A stretch of 64,000 bases of DNA from Blautia sp. (GTDB lineage Bacteria; Bacillota; Clostridia; Lachnospirales; Lachnospiraceae): NCBI GenBank assembly GCA_051880075.1, contig JBJENG010000013.1, forward strand, positions 7,176 to 71,175, read 5' to 3'. The first letter of the stretch is position 1. Every line of letters starts with the position of its first letter. Position numbers and translations under genes: made by a program. Below the pieces are notes generated by a model, which was not told the origin of the DNA, made no database searches, and saw nothing but the letters and a program-made list of their open reading frames with translations. This document shows, piece after piece, positions 35,854-47,499 of the stretch.

Positions 35854-36699
35854 ATGAAAAATAAAATGTTTACGGGAAAACATATCGGAATTGCCATACT
35901 GGATACCGGAATTTTTCCTCACCGGGATTTTTATGGCAGAATCCGTGGCTTTGCAGACTTTATCAATGGCAGACAAACACCTTATGATGATAACGGACAC
36001 GGAACACATGTTGCAGGAATTGCAGGGGGAAATGGTGCTGCCTGGAGAGGAAAATACTGTGGAATTGCTCCGGAATGTGATCTGATTGCCTGTAAGGTAC
36101 TGGATGAAAACGGAAGCGGAGATGCCCGACAGGTCATTTCGGCTCTGGAATGGATCAAAAAAAACCGAGAACGCTATGGCATTCGAATTATAAATATTTC
36201 TGTGGGAACTACACAGAAAAGTGCCCATGAAGATTTGATTCTGGCTGTGGAAGAAGCCTGGGATGCCGGACTGATCGTTGTCGCTGCAGCAGGAAATATG
36301 GGACCGGGTCAGGGGACCATTACAGCTCCGGGCAGCAGCCGAAAAATCATCACAGTGGGGTCTTCCGATATGCTGATACAAAATCAGGGAATCAGCGGAA
36401 GAGGACCTACAAATGCATGCATTGTAAAACCGGATATTGTAGCTCCCGGCAATCGAATCGTATCCTGTGCCAATCGAATGGACCGTATGCCTTATATGAT
36501 CAAAAGCGGCACTTCCATGTCTACCCCGGTAGTCTCCGGAGGTATTGCACTTTTACTGGAAAAAACCCCGTATCTGACAAATCTGGATATTAAAAAAAGA
36601 CTGCGCAGTACAGCAAAAGATCTTGGATATCCTCATAATCTTCAGGGATGGGGGCTTTTTTGTCTGGAAAATTTTCTTGAGTGGAAAAATAGTAGTTGA
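35854..36699 (+). CDS. S8 serine protease (AprX-like, catalytic domain only)
   Basis: LDTG, GHGTHVAG, AAGN, SGTSMSTP. Confidence 0.9.
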   Translation: MKNKMFTGKHIGIAILDTGIFPHRDFYGRIRGFADFINGRQTPYDDNGHGTHVAGIAGGNGAAWRGKYCGIAPECDLIACKVLDENGSGDARQVISALEWIKKNRERYGIRIINISVGTTQKSAHEDLILAVEEAWDAGLIVVAAAGNMGPGQGTITAPGSSRKIITVGSSDMLIQNQGISGRGPTNACIVKPDIVAPGNRIVSCANRMDRMPYMIKSGTSMSTPVVSGGIALLLEKTPYLTNLDIKKRLRSTAKDLGYPHNLQGWGLFCLENFLEWKNSS

Positions 36700-36730
36700 C
36701 AATTTCTGTATCATTGTATACAATGATACA
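36696..36730 (+). promoter_or_regulatory. Sigma-A promoter overlapped by a perfect 24-bp palindrome (GntR-type operator)
   Basis: TTGACA(36696)-17-TACAAT(36719); TGTATCATTGTATACAATGATACA at 36707-36730. Confidence 0.8.
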
Positions 36731-36817
36731 AGAAATTCATTTTGTTATTACTTTAACACAGTGAATCCTTTTTGACGCAAATACCGGAAATTTTAGAATA
36801 AACGAGGAGTGATAAAT

Positions 36818-38215
36818 ATGATTAATCGAAGTGTCCGTATGAACTATCACACAAATCTTCTGGAACTGGAAGAGCATATGTATCCGTTGGTAGATGTGGA
36901 AACACCAAATGTCTTCCATAATCTTTTTCCTTACACAGAAATTCCGAAAATAGCATTCAATGACCGTATTGTTCCCCATCATATGCCGGATGATATCTGG
37001 ATTACAGATACTACATTCCGTGACGGACAACAGTCAAGAGCTCCCTACAATACCGAACAGATCGTTACCATATATGACTACCTTCATAGACTGGGTGGAC
37101 CTGCCGGAAAAATCCGTCAGAGTGAATTTTTCCTTTACAGTAAAAAAGACCGGGATGCCGTATATAAATGCCTGGAAAGAGGTTATCAGTTTCCGGAAGT
37201 TACCAGCTGGATCCGTGCAAGTAAAAAAGATTTTGAACTTGTAAAAGATATCGGTTTGAAAGAAACAGGTATTCTTGTCAGCTGTTCGGACTATCATATT
37301 TTCTATAAAATGAAAATGACCAGAAAACAGGCCATGGAGCATTATCTTAGTGTAATACGTGAATGTCTGGAAACAGGAATCAGCCCAAGATGTCATCTGG
37401 AAGATATTACCCGTGCAGATATTTACGGTTATGTAATTCCGTTCTGTCTGGAACTTACAAAACTCATGGAGGAATATGCAATTCCCATTAAAGTACGTTG
37501 CTGCGACACTATGGGATATGGAGTAAACTATCCGGGTGCTGTGATTCCACGTTCCATTCCCGGAATCATATACGGTATTATGACGCATGCAGGATTCCCT
37601 TCTGAACTGATCGAATTCCATGGACATAATGATTTCTATAAAGCAGTAAGCAATTCTACAACAGCCTGGTTGTATGGAGCCAGTGGTGTAAACTGTTCTC
37701 TGTTTGGAATCGGAGAGAGAACCGGAAATACACCGTTGGAAGCAATGGTATTTGAATATGCGCAATTAAAAGGGACCCTGGATGGCATGGACACCACAGT
37801 GATTACAGAACTGGCGGAATATTATAAAAAAGAGATCGGCTATACCGTTCCGTCCCAGACACCTTTTGTAGGAAGTGCCTTCAATGTGACACGGGCCGGA
37901 ATCCATGCAGACGGATTATTAAAGAACGAGGAAATTTATAATATTTTTGATACGAAAAAATTCCTCAATAAAGCACCTCAGGTGGCAGTATCCAATACTT
38001 CCGGTCTTGCAGGCATTGCACACTGGATCAATAATCATTATCAGCTGGAAGGAGAAAAAGCAGTTGACAAAAACTGTGAACTGGTAAAAATGGTGAAAGC
38101 ATGGGTTGATAAAGAATATGAAGACGGCCGTGTAACAGTACTTACCGATGATGAACTCATCGCCGTAATCGAAGAAAGCTGCCAGCGCCTGAATATCCAA
38201 TTACAGGAAAAGTAG
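36818..38215 (+). CDS. Re-citrate synthase (DRE-TIM, isopropylmalate synthase-like)
   Basis: DTTFRDGQQ, FHGHND, GERTGN, RAGIHADG; no LeuA regulatory domain; next to icd. Confidence 0.8.
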   Translation: MINRSVRMNYHTNLLELEEHMYPLVDVETPNVFHNLFPYTEIPKIAFNDRIVPHHMPDDIWITDTTFRDGQQSRAPYNTEQIVTIYDYLHRLGGPAGKIRQSEFFLYSKKDRDAVYKCLERGYQFPEVTSWIRASKKDFELVKDIGLKETGILVSCSDYHIFYKMKMTRKQAMEHYLSVIRECLETGISPRCHLEDITRADIYGYVIPFCLELTKLMEEYAIPIKVRCCDTMGYGVNYPGAVIPRSIPGIIYGIMTHAGFPSELIEFHGHNDFYKAVSNSTTAWLYGASGVNCSLFGIGERTGNTPLEAMVFEYAQLKGTLDGMDTTVITELAEYYKKEIGYTVPSQTPFVGSAFNVTRAGIHADGLLKNEEIYNIFDTKKFLNKAPQVAVSNTSGLAGIAHWINNHYQLEGEKAVDKNCELVKMVKAWVDKEYEDGRVTVLTDDELIAVIEESCQRLNIQLQEK

Positions 38216-38232
38216 GAGAGAAGGAAAAAGAA

Positions 38233-38901
38233 ATGACAGCAAATGGAAAATCCCTCAGAGGACAGGTTTTTGATAAAATCCGTTCCGATATTCTGAAAGG
38301 CAGATATCAGAACGGAGACGAACTTGTGGAGTGTACCATAGGGAAAGAACTTGGCGTCAGCCGCACACCTGTACGGGAAGCCATTCGTCAGCTGGAACTG
38401 GAAGGTCTGGTTCAGTTGATTCCTAATAAGGGAGCCTTTGTTACAGGTATTTCTGCAAATGATGTAAGAGATATTTATCTAATCCGTTCCAGACTGGAAG
38501 GTCTTGCGGCACGTATGGCCGCCGAACATATTTCCCCTGAACAACTGGCGGAAATGGAGGAAACCATTGTTCTGTCAGACTATCATGTAAAGAAAGAACA
38601 CTTTGAACAGGTTTGCGAAATGGATGGGAAATTCCACAAATTACTTTATGCAGCCTCCGGAAGCAGAATTCTGGAACATACCCTTACGGATTTTCATCAA
38701 TATGTGCAGAGGGTTCGCATGGCATCCATTATGAATCGTATGCGGATGCAGAAATCCAATCATGAACACGAAGAGATTCTGGAAGCAATCCGAAACAGAA
38801 ATGGAGACCAGGCTGAAAAAGTTGCTGCAGAACATATTTCCAATACAGTGGAAAATCTGAAGCAATATGATTTAAACAGTATTTTACGAGAAAACAAATG
38901 A
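38233..38901 (+). CDS. GntR/FadR-family regulator (FCD domain)
   Basis: LGVSRTPVREA...PNKGAFV. Confidence 0.92.
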   Translation: MTANGKSLRGQVFDKIRSDILKGRYQNGDELVECTIGKELGVSRTPVREAIRQLELEGLVQLIPNKGAFVTGISANDVRDIYLIRSRLEGLAARMAAEHISPEQLAEMEETIVLSDYHVKKEHFEQVCEMDGKFHKLLYAASGSRILEHTLTDFHQYVQRVRMASIMNRMRMQKSNHEHEEILEAIRNRNGDQAEKVAAEHISNTVENLKQYDLNSILRENK

Positions 38902-38938
38902 CTGAAAAACAGATTTAAGTAGAAGGGAGAACGACAAA

Positions 38939-40150
38939 ATGGAAAAAATCAGGATGACAACTCCTCTGGTGGAAATGGACGGAGATGAAATGACAAGAAT
39001 CCTCTGGCAAATGATTAAAGAGGAACTTCTGGAGCCCTATATCGATCTGAATACCGAATATTATGACCTGGGCCTGGAATGCAGAAACGAGACCGGTGAT
39101 CAGGTAACCATAGATGCAGCAAATGCCACCAAGAAATACAAGGTTGCCGTGAAATGTGCAACCATCACTCCAAATGCCGCACGTATGGACGAATATAATC
39201 TGAAAGAAATGTATAAAAGTCCAAACGGAACCATTCGTTCCATGCTGGACGGAACCGTATTTCGCACCCCGATCGTAGTAAAAGGCATTGAGCCTTGTGT
39301 AACAAACTGGAAAAAGCCGATTACGCTTGCAAGACATGCCTATGGTGATGTTTACAAAAATACCGAAATGATTATTCCGGGACCTGGAAAAGTAGAACTG
39401 GTTTACACTGCGGAAGATGGAACAGAAACAAGAGAACTGGTACATAATTTTACCGGTGCAGGTGTTGCACAGGGGATGCATAACTTAAATGATTCCATTG
39501 AAAGTTTTGCAAGAAGCTGCTTTAATTATGCGCTTTCTATAAAACAGGATTTGTGGTTTTCTACAAAAGACACCATTTCAAAAAAATACGATCATACATT
39601 TAAAGATATTTTCCAGGAAATCTATGATGCAGAATATAAAGAAGCATTTGAAAAATCAGGCATTACTTATTTCTACACACTCATTGACGATGCAGTTGCC
39701 CGTGTCATGAAAGCAGAAGGCGGATTTATCTGGGCCTGCAAAAATTACGATGGTGATGTTATGAGTGATATGGTATCCTCCGCATTTGGCTCTCTTGCCA
39801 TGATGACTTCTGTTCTGGTATCTCCGCATGGATATTTCGAATACGAAGCTGCACATGGAACCGTACAGCGTCATTATTATAAACATCTCAAAGGCGAGGA
39901 GACTTCTACGAACTCCGTAGCAACTATTTTTGCATGGACAGGTGCTCTGAGAAAACGAGGGGAACTGGATGATAATCAGGATCTTCAGAAATTTGCTGAT
40001 TATCTGGAGCAGGCGACACTTGCAGTAATTGAAGAGGGTAAGATGACAAAAGATCTGGCTTTGATCACTTCCATCGAAAAACCAACCGTATTAAACAGCC
40101 GCGATTTCATTCTTGCAATCCGGGAAAAACTGGACAGCCTAAACAATTAA
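38939..40150 (+). CDS. icd: NADP-dependent isocitrate dehydrogenase (type II)
   Basis: [35 protein letters not shown]. Confidence 0.96.
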   Translation: MEKIRMTTPLVEMDGDEMTRILWQMIKEELLEPYIDLNTEYYDLGLECRNETGDQVTIDAANATKKYKVAVKCATITPNAARMDEYNLKEMYKSPNGTIRSMLDGTVFRTPIVVKGIEPCVTNWKKPITLARHAYGDVYKNTEMIIPGPGKVELVYTAEDGTETRELVHNFTGAGVAQGMHNLNDSIESFARSCFNYALSIKQDLWFSTKDTISKKYDHTFKDIFQEIYDAEYKEAFEKSGITYFYTLIDDAVARVMKAEGGFIWACKNYDGDVMSDMVSSAFGSLAMMTSVLVSPHGYFEYEAAHGTVQRHYYKHLKGEETSTNSVATIFAWTGALRKRGELDDNQDLQKFADYLEQATLAVIEEGKMTKDLALITSIEKPTVLNSRDFILAIREKLDSLNN

Positions 40151-40166
40151 ACAAATGGGAAGAGCC

Positions 40167-42074
40167 TTAAGCCAGCTCTTCCCATTTTTCATATAATTCC
40201 TCCAGCTGTTGTGCGATTTCTGATTTTTCATTGGAAAGTTTCACACATTGCGCTACATTAACAGCTACTTCCGGATTTGACATTTCTTCATCAATTTCTT
40301 TGTCCCTTGTTTCCAGTTTTTCAATTTCCGCTTCTGTTTTTTTCAGATCATTTTCTCTTTTTCGCAGTCTTGCCTGTTCTTCTTTCTGCTGTTTCCAGTC
40401 CAGTTTTGTGGCAGATTCTTTCTGCTCTGTCTTTTCCACTTCCTGTCCCGGTGCATAAATTTGTGTCAGTTCTTCTCTTTTTTCCAGATAATAATCGTAA
40501 TTTCCTATGTAATTTACCATATTCTGATTGGTCAGTTCCAGAATTCTGGTAGCTGTTTTGTTAATGAAATAACGGTCGTGAGACACATAAAGTACCGTAC
40601 CGGTATAGTTGTTCAAAGCTTCCTCCAGAATTTCCTTTGACATAATATCCAGGTGGTTGGTAGGTTCATCCAGAATCAGGAAATTCGCTTCTGACAACAT
40701 CAGTTTTGCAAGAGATACTCGTCCTCTTTCGCCACCGCTTAAAGAAGAAATCTTTTTGAATACATCATCACCTGTAAACAGAAAAGCAGCCAGAAGGTTT
40801 CGGATTTCCGTATTGGTCAGTTTCGGATAATCATCCGATATCTCGTCAAATATGGTTTTTTCCATATGCAGCACATGATGTTCCTGATCGTAATAACCGA
40901 TATGCACTTTACTTCCCAGAGAAAATGTTCCTGCATCTGCAGGCAATACCCGGTTCAGTATCTTTAATATAGTGGTTTTACCGGTACCGTTGCTGCCAAT
41001 GATCGCAACACGTTCTCCTCTTTTAATTGAAAAATTCAAATCAGAAAACAAGGGAAGTCCGGGAAATGATTTGCTTAGATGTTCCACTTCCAGTACGTCA
41101 TTTCCACTAATGACTCTTGGCTCCAGACGGATGCGCATGGAAGCGTTTAATTCCGTTGGTTTTTCAAGTACTTCCATTTTTTCCAGCATTTTTTCCCGGC
41201 TTTCTGCTCTTCGTATGGACTTTTCCCGATTGAATTGTTTCAGGCGTGTGATTACTTCTTCCTGATGACGGATTTCCTGCTGCTGATTCAAATAAGCCTG
41301 ATAAGCTTCTTTTCGCAGCATGGCCTTCTTTTCACTATATGCGGAATAATTTCCTGTGAAAGAGGACACCTTTCCATTGTCGATTTCAATGACTTTTGAA
41401 ACAATTTTATCCAGAAAATACCGGTCATGGGACACAATCAGCACAGCTCCCGGATAATTTAAAAGATAAGTTTCCAGCCATGCGATAGAATCCATATCCA
41501 AATGGTTGGTGGGCTCATCCAGTAAGATAATATCCGGTTTGGAAAGCAACAGTCGTCCAAGAGCCACACGGGTTTTCTGACCTCCGGACAGGGTGGATAC
41601 GGGTTTCTCAAATTCACTTTCCGGAAAGCCCAGACCTTTCAGAACACCCGTCAGTTCACTTTTGTACGCATAGCCGTTTTCCATTTCAAACTCATGGGTC
41701 AGCCGGGAATACAAATCCATAAGATGTTCCAGTTCTTCTCCCTTTGCGTGCTTCATCTGTTTTTCTGTTTCACGCATATGCAGTTCCAGATCCAGAATAT
41801 GCTGTTTTACCTCAAGCAGCGAATCATAAATGGTCCGTTCACTATTAAGCTCCTGATGCTGAGCCAGATATCCCATCGTCTTTCCTCTGGAAAGGATCAC
41901 CTCCCCTTGATCTGCCGGTATTTCCTGCATAATAATGCGAAGAAGCGTTGTCTTTCCTGCTCCGTTAATTCCAACCATTGCTGCTTTTTCTCTATCCTCT
42001 ATATGAAAAGAGGCCTCCTGAATCAGAGTTACCCCTCCAAATGATTTTTCAATATCCTGACATGCCAGTATCAT
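40167..42074 (-). CDS. ABC-F family ATPase (YdiF-like)
   Basis: Two NBDs with LSGG and LDEPTNHLD, no TM segments; divergent from rex. Confidence 0.92.
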   Translation of the reverse strand: MILACQDIEKSFGGVTLIQEASFHIEDREKAAMVGINGAGKTTLLRIIMQEIPADQGEVILSRGKTMGYLAQHQELNSERTIYDSLLEVKQHILDLELHMRETEKQMKHAKGEELEHLMDLYSRLTHEFEMENGYAYKSELTGVLKGLGFPESEFEKPVSTLSGGQKTRVALGRLLLSKPDIILLDEPTNHLDMDSIAWLETYLLNYPGAVLIVSHDRYFLDKIVSKVIEIDNGKVSSFTGNYSAYSEKKAMLRKEAYQAYLNQQQEIRHQEEVITRLKQFNREKSIRRAESREKMLEKMEVLEKPTELNASMRIRLEPRVISGNDVLEVEHLSKSFPGLPLFSDLNFSIKRGERVAIIGSNGTGKTTILKILNRVLPADAGTFSLGSKVHIGYYDQEHHVLHMEKTIFDEISDDYPKLTNTEIRNLLAAFLFTGDDVFKKISSLSGGERGRVSLAKLMLSEANFLILDEPTNHLDIMSKEILEEALNNYTGTVLYVSHDRYFINKTATRILELTNQNMVNYIGNYDYYLEKREELTQIYAPGQEVEKTEQKESATKLDWKQQKEEQARLRKRENDLKKTEAEIEKLETRDKEIDEEMSNPEVAVNVAQCVKLSNEKSEIAQQLEELYEKWEELA

Positions 42075-42247
42075 AACATTCTCCTTTTATTTCTCTTTCT
42101 TAAAACAATTATATCGAAAAATTCAGATTTGACAACAGATAATTCCTACAATTTCATGAATTGTATTTGACTTTATTTTAACAATTATATATAATAAGAA
42201 TAGATTGTGTTGTTCTTGAATTTATGGGGAACAAGGAGGGTAAAGTC

Positions 42248-42892
42248 GTGGACGAAAAAAATATTTCAAGAGCTGTAATCAGAAGACTTCCCCGTTATTA
42301 TCGGTATCTGGGAGAACTTCTGGAAGAAGGTGTCGAGAGAATTTCTTCCAATGAGTTAAGTTCAAAAATGCATGTGACTGCATCACAGATTCGTCAGGAT
42401 TTAAACAATTTCGGGGGTTTCGGACAACAGGGCTATGGATATAATGTCCCTTATCTGTATGCGGAGATTGGAAAGATCCTCGGTCTTGACCATATGCATC
42501 ATATGATTATCATCGGTGCAGGAAATCTTGGACAGGCACTAGCCAATTATGTGCAATTTGAAAAAAGAGGATTTATGGTCGTGGGAATTTTTGACATTAA
42601 TCCTGTATTAAAAGGAATTTCTATCCGTGGAAATGAAATTCGTATGATGGATGAGCTTCCTGAATTTCTGCGGACCAATGACGTACAGATTGCCGCTCTG
42701 ACTCTGCCAAAGTCCAACGCGGCAGAGACAGCCAAAATTCTTGTAGAAAATGGCATCAAAGCCATCTGGAATTTCGCACATCTGGACCTTTCTGTTCCGG
42801 AAGATGTCATTGTGGAAAATGTACACCTGTCGGAAAGTTTAATGCGTTTATCTTATAATCTGAACCGGTATGTAACAGAACATAAGAAATAA
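42248..42892 (+). CDS. rex: Redox-sensing repressor Rex
   Basis: RRLPRYYR, QIRQD, GYGYNV, IGAGNLG, IWNFA. Confidence 0.96.
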   Translation: MDEKNISRAVIRRLPRYYRYLGELLEEGVERISSNELSSKMHVTASQIRQDLNNFGGFGQQGYGYNVPYLYAEIGKILGLDHMHHMIIIGAGNLGQALANYVQFEKRGFMVVGIFDINPVLKGISIRGNEIRMMDELPEFLRTNDVQIAALTLPKSNAAETAKILVENGIKAIWNFAHLDLSVPEDVIVENVHLSESLMRLSYNLNRYVTEHKK

Positions 42893-42964
42893 GAAAAAGC
42901 TGCTGCGAAAGTAATTTTGCGGCAGCTTTTTGCCGGTTTTTCAGATCAAGGAGGAAAGGAAAAA

Positions 42965-44467
42965 ATGAAACAGCTAGTAACAGGCAGTCAAATGCAACAA
43001 CTGGACCGTTATACCATCAATGAAATAGGAATTCCTTCTCTTGTACTTATGGAACGGGCAGCCAGAAGTGTCTATGATGCACTGTATTCGGAACATTTCC
43101 CGTTGAAAAAAGTCCTGATTCTGTGTGGGAGCGGAAATAACGGTGCAGATGGAGTGGCACTGGCCAGAATGCTCCATCTGGACGGTATTCCCGTTCATGT
43201 ATGGATACTGGGGCAGGAATCTCACTTTACCGAAGAAATGGAGCAGCAGATAAAAATAGCGGAAAAATATCAGATATCCTTTGTCAAAAATGTGTGCTTG
43301 TCTGAATATACTACTATCGTAGATGCTATATTCGGAGTAGGGCTTTCAAGAGAAGTAACCGGTATCTATCAGAAAATCATAGAAGAGGTCAACCAGACAG
43401 CTGCCTCGGTTGTCTCTGTGGATATCCCTTCCGGAATCCACGCAGACACGGGAGCAGTTATGGGATGCGCCATCCATGCCTGTCTTACCGTTACTTTTGC
43501 ATATGAAAAGGCGGGAATGCTTCTGTATCCGGGAGCGCTCTGTTCAGGGAAAATCATAACTGCAGATATCGGAATCCGGAAAATGCCGGAAACGGTTTTT
43601 GATTTTTCCATCCATGCCTGCGAAGAATCCGATCTTCTGAATATTCCGGATAGAAGGCAAGACGGAAACAAAGGGACATTTGGAAAAGTACTGTTGATCG
43701 CCGGCAATGCGGATACCAGCGGTGCTCCATACTTATGCGCCTGTGCCGCCATGCATACCGGCGCAGGTATGATAAAGATTCATACAAGAGAAGAAAACCG
43801 TTCCATCCTGCCTGTTATGCTTCCGGAATCAATGTATTCTTTTTATGGAGAAAATAAAATAGAACAAGAGGCACTGACAGCAGCCATGGAATGGGCCGAT
43901 GTCATAGGAATCGGCCCCGGTCTCGGAACCGGGGCGCAGGCTGCAGAATTATTGGATTTTGTCATGTATCAAGGCAGGAAACCTCTTGTCATAGATGCAG
44001 ACGGACTGAATCTGATAAAAGACCGAATGGAACTCCTGGAAAATTATAAAGAACCTGTAATTGTAACCCCTCATCTGGGGGAATTTTCCCGCATATCCGG
44101 TCTTTCCATCCGCAAATGGAAAGAATCTCCGCTGATGAGCACCCGGAATTTTGCAGAAAACCACCATCTGACCGTGGTATGTAAAGATGCCAGAACGATC
44201 ATCTCCGACGGCAGCAGAGAAATTTATATCAATCCTTCCGGTAATTGCGGAATGGCAACTGCCGGAAGCGGAGATGTACTGACCGGAATCATCCTCGGAC
44301 TTCTGGCCCAGGGCAGCACACCATTAAATGCTGCTGTGACAGGCACCTGGATTCACGGGCTTGCCGGAGATCAGGCTGCTGCTGAAAAGGGATCTTACAG
44401 TATGCTTGCCGGAGATTTGATTACCGGTGTGGAAACTATTCTAAAGAAAAGAGGAAAACTTTCATGA
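42965..44467 (+). CDS. nnr: Bifunctional NAD(P)HX epimerase/dehydratase (NnrE-NnrD)
   Basis: LMERA, GSGNNGADG, DIPSG, GPGLG, TPHLGE, AGSGDVLTG. Confidence 0.92.
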   Translation: MKQLVTGSQMQQLDRYTINEIGIPSLVLMERAARSVYDALYSEHFPLKKVLILCGSGNNGADGVALARMLHLDGIPVHVWILGQESHFTEEMEQQIKIAEKYQISFVKNVCLSEYTTIVDAIFGVGLSREVTGIYQKIIEEVNQTAASVVSVDIPSGIHADTGAVMGCAIHACLTVTFAYEKAGMLLYPGALCSGKIITADIGIRKMPETVFDFSIHACEESDLLNIPDRRQDGNKGTFGKVLLIAGNADTSGAPYLCACAAMHTGAGMIKIHTREENRSILPVMLPESMYSFYGENKIEQEALTAAMEWADVIGIGPGLGTGAQAAELLDFVMYQGRKPLVIDADGLNLIKDRMELLENYKEPVIVTPHLGEFSRISGLSIRKWKESPLMSTRNFAENHHLTVVCKDARTIISDGSREIYINPSGNCGMATAGSGDVLTGIILGLLAQGSTPLNAAVTGTWIHGLAGDQAAAEKGSYSMLAGDLITGVETILKKRGKLS

Positions 44468-45591
44468 ATGCAAAGAACAGAGTTTATGCATCCGTAAATC
44501 TGGATGCAATTGTCACAAATCTGGAAAATATGAAAAAAAATATTGCGGAAGATACAAAAATCATTGCGGTTTTAAAAGCGGACGGGTACGGTCACGGTGC
44601 AGTACCCATAGCAAAACACATTGAAAGTCTCCCTTATCTGTGGGGCATCGCAGTAGCAACCGTGGAAGAGGGCATGATTCTACGTGAAAACGGAATTGCA
44701 AAACCCATTCTCATACTGGGATATACTTTTTCCGATGATTATGAAACCATTATTGAACAGGAAATGCGACCGGCTGTGTTTACTTTAAAAATGGCCCGGG
44801 AACTTTCCCAGGCAGCTGTCCGGTTAAAGAAAACTGCCAAAATACATATTAAAATTGACACAGGCATGAGTAGAATCGGCTATCGGAATCCGGAAAAAGA
44901 TGTTCCTGAAATTCTGGAGATTTCCGCATTGGATGGAATTGAAACAGAAGGCATCTTTACCCATTTTGCAAGGGCGGATGAGACCGATCCGGCTCCTGCT
45001 TACAAACAAATGGACTCTTTTGAGAAATTTTTGCATGCTCTGGAAGAACAGGGACTTTCCATACCGATCAAACACTGTTCCAACAGTGCGGGAATCATCC
45101 GCATAAAAGAGGCCAATATGAATGCCGTCCGTGCGGGAATTATTCTTTATGGTTTGTATCCTTCCAATGAAGTGGAAAAGGATCCGGTTCCTCTTAAACC
45201 TGCCATGGAACTGAAGAGTCACATTGCATATATCAAAACACTGGAACCAGGTGTTCCTGTCAGCTACGGCGGTACGTATGTAACCTCCCGTAATACCCGT
45301 GTGGCAACCATTCCTGTAGGATATGCAGACGGATACTGCCGCGGTCTCTCCAACAAAGGCTTTGTACTTATACATGGAAAGAAGGCCCCGATCATTGGCC
45401 GGATCTGTATGGATCAGTTTATGGCAGATGTAACGGATATACCGGAGGCACAGGAACTGGATGAGGTTACTCTTCTTGGCCGGGATCAGAAAGAACAGAT
45501 CACAATGGAAGAACTGGGAGACTTAAGCGGGAGATTCAACTATGAATTCGCCTGCTGCATCAGCAAACGTGTTCCCAGAATTTACCGGTAA
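44464..45591 (+). CDS. alr: Alanine racemase
   Basis: [29 protein letters not shown]. Confidence 0.96.
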   Translation: MNAKNRVYASVNLDAIVTNLENMKKNIAEDTKIIAVLKADGYGHGAVPIAKHIESLPYLWGIAVATVEEGMILRENGIAKPILILGYTFSDDYETIIEQEMRPAVFTLKMARELSQAAVRLKKTAKIHIKIDTGMSRIGYRNPEKDVPEILEISALDGIETEGIFTHFARADETDPAPAYKQMDSFEKFLHALEEQGLSIPIKHCSNSAGIIRIKEANMNAVRAGIILYGLYPSNEVEKDPVPLKPAMELKSHIAYIKTLEPGVPVSYGGTYVTSRNTRVATIPVGYADGYCRGLSNKGFVLIHGKKAPIIGRICMDQFMADVTDIPEAQELDEVTLLGRDQKEQITMEELGDLSGRFNYEFACCISKRVPRIYR

Positions 45592-45670
45592 AATTTTTGA
45601 AACCATAGAATACACACGAGAGAATTGGGAAGAATTATATCTGAACATAAAAAATCGGAGTGTGAAATGT

Positions 45671-46018
45671 GTGGTTATTAAACGTGGTGATATATTTTAT
45701 GCAGATTTAAGACCTGTCGTAGGCAGCGAGCAAGGCGGAATCCGTCCTGTCCTGATCATACAGAATGATATTGGAAACAAACATAGCCCTACGGTAATCT
45801 GTGCTGCCATTACTTCAAAAATGAATAAAGCAAAACTGCCTACACATATTGAGATTGATGCATCCTCCTACGCAATTGTAAAAGATTCCGTGATTCTTCT
45901 GGAGCAGCTTCGGACAATCGACAAAAGGAGATTGAAAGACAAAGTCTGTCATCTGGATGGAGAAATTCTGAAAAAGGTAAATCATGCCCTTTGTATCAGT
46001 CTGGAACTGCCTACATAG
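45671..46018 (+). CDS. mazF: MazF/NdoA endoribonuclease
   Basis: [33 protein letters not shown]...LEQLRTIDK; GTG start after ggag. Confidence 0.93.
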   Translation: MVIKRGDIFYADLRPVVGSEQGGIRPVLIIQNDIGNKHSPTVICAAITSKMNKAKLPTHIEIDASSYAIVKDSVILLEQLRTIDKRRLKDKVCHLDGEILKKVNHALCISLELPT

Positions 46019-46119
46019 CGAAAAATTCTTGACTAGCAAAACGGAAAATGGTATCTTATTGTAGAATAGCTCTGTAAAAGAGTAAATCTGAAACAAGAAA
46101 GAGGGAATAAATTAAGTAT

Positions 46120-47499
46120 ATGGACGACGGGAGTAGTCCTTTATGGACGGCAATGGTTTTTGCTTTATTCATTATCATGAATGGAATCCTGTATGGATTT
46201 GGTTCTGCCATACAGAGGGCCAGCCAGAGTGAACTGGAAAAAAAAGCACAAGAAGGAGATAAAAAAGCCCCGTGGCTTCTGCAGGTTATGGATGAGCCAA
46301 CCGGTATTATCAATACAACTCTGACAGTCGGAACACTGTTCAGTATTCTGACCGGTTATGTGGGTATCCGCAGAATCGTTCCTGTTTTATACAACGGGCT
46401 GAAGAAATTGTCTTTTATCTCTTACATACCTGATCCAGTCACTGCTTTTATCAGTATCATCCTTGTGATGCTTGTTACGGTAATCATTCTTGTAGCATTC
46501 GGTATGATTTCATCAAAAAAACTGTCTGCCTCAAATCCTACCGAATGGGCATTGAGCAGTGCCGGTTTTGTAAAACTGACTGTTACACTTTTTGCACCGG
46601 TTACCTTTCTGGTCGTGAAACTGTCCAATGGTTTTGTGCATTTATTTGGAGTGGATCCTCACAAAACAGAAGAGGATGTGACAGAAGAGGAAATTATTTC
46701 CATGGTGGACGATGCACATGAGCAGGGTGTAATTGAAGAAAGCGAAGCGGAAATGATACAGAATATTATGGAATTCTCAGATAAAGAGGCACAGGATATT
46801 ATGACACACAGGAAAAATATCAATGCTGTTTCTGAGAAGACTTCTCTGAAAGAAGCATTGGAATATATGCTCAACGGAAGCAATTCCAGATACCCTGTTT
46901 ACAGAGAGGATATTGATGACATCATTGGAATCATTCACCTGAAAGATGCCATGAAAGAAATCACTTTCCATCATAACGGAGAGATTCCCATAAGCAAGAT
47001 TCCCGATCTGATTCGTGATGCTTCCTATATACCGGAAACCAGAAGTATCAATGATTTATTTAAGCGGATGCAGGCCAAAAAAATCCATATGGCAATCGTG
47101 GTAGATGAATATGGACAAACCTCCGGAATTGTAACTATGGAGGATATTCTTGAGGAAATCGTCGGAAATATTTTAGATGAATACGATGAAGACGACCATT
47201 TTATTATAGAACAGCTGGATCATACTTTTCTTATGAAAGGACTCACCCCCCTGGAAGAAGTGGAGGATGTCCTTTCCATAGACCTGAAAGAAGAAGCGTT
47301 TGATACACTGAACGGATATCTTACTTCTTTACTCGGTCATATTCCGAATATGGAAGAAGATAAAGAAATCCGCACAAATGGTTACCTTTTTACCATCCTT
47401 GGGGTGGAAAACAATACAATACAAAGAGTGAGGGTGGAGAAGCTGCCCGCGGAAGAAGGAGATTTAACATGTCAGGACATTCAAAATTCGCAAATATAA
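46120..47499 (+). CDS. Hemolysin/CNNM-CBS-CorC family protein
   Basis: TM region, CBS pair (SRYPVY, VVDEYG...EDILEEIVG), CorC domain. Confidence 0.9.
   Translation: MDDGSSPLWTAMVFALFIIMNGILYGFGSAIQRASQSELEKKAQEGDKKAPWLLQVMDEPTGIINTTLTVGTLFSILTGYVGIRRIVPVLYNGLKKLSFISYIPDPVTAFISIILVMLVTVIILVAFGMISSKKLSASNPTEWALSSAGFVKLTVTLFAPVTFLVVKLSNGFVHLFGVDPHKTEEDVTEEEIISMVDDAHEQGVIEESEAEMIQNIMEFSDKEAQDIMTHRKNINAVSEKTSLKEALEYMLNGSNSRYPVYREDIDDIIGIIHLKDAMKEITFHHNGEIPISKIPDLIRDASYIPETRSINDLFKRMQAKKIHMAIVVDEYGQTSGIVTMEDILEEIVGNILDEYDEDDHFIIEQLDHTFLMKGLTPLEEVEDVLSIDLKEEAFDTLNGYLTSLLGHIPNMEEDKEIRTNGYLFTILGVENNTIQRVRVEKLPAEEGDLTCQDIQNSQI

Noticed and set aside
45542-45670. N-terminal MazF extension acting as a fused antitoxin
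   Set aside because: Starts inside alr without an RBS and does not resemble MazE; GTG 45671 gives the canonical length
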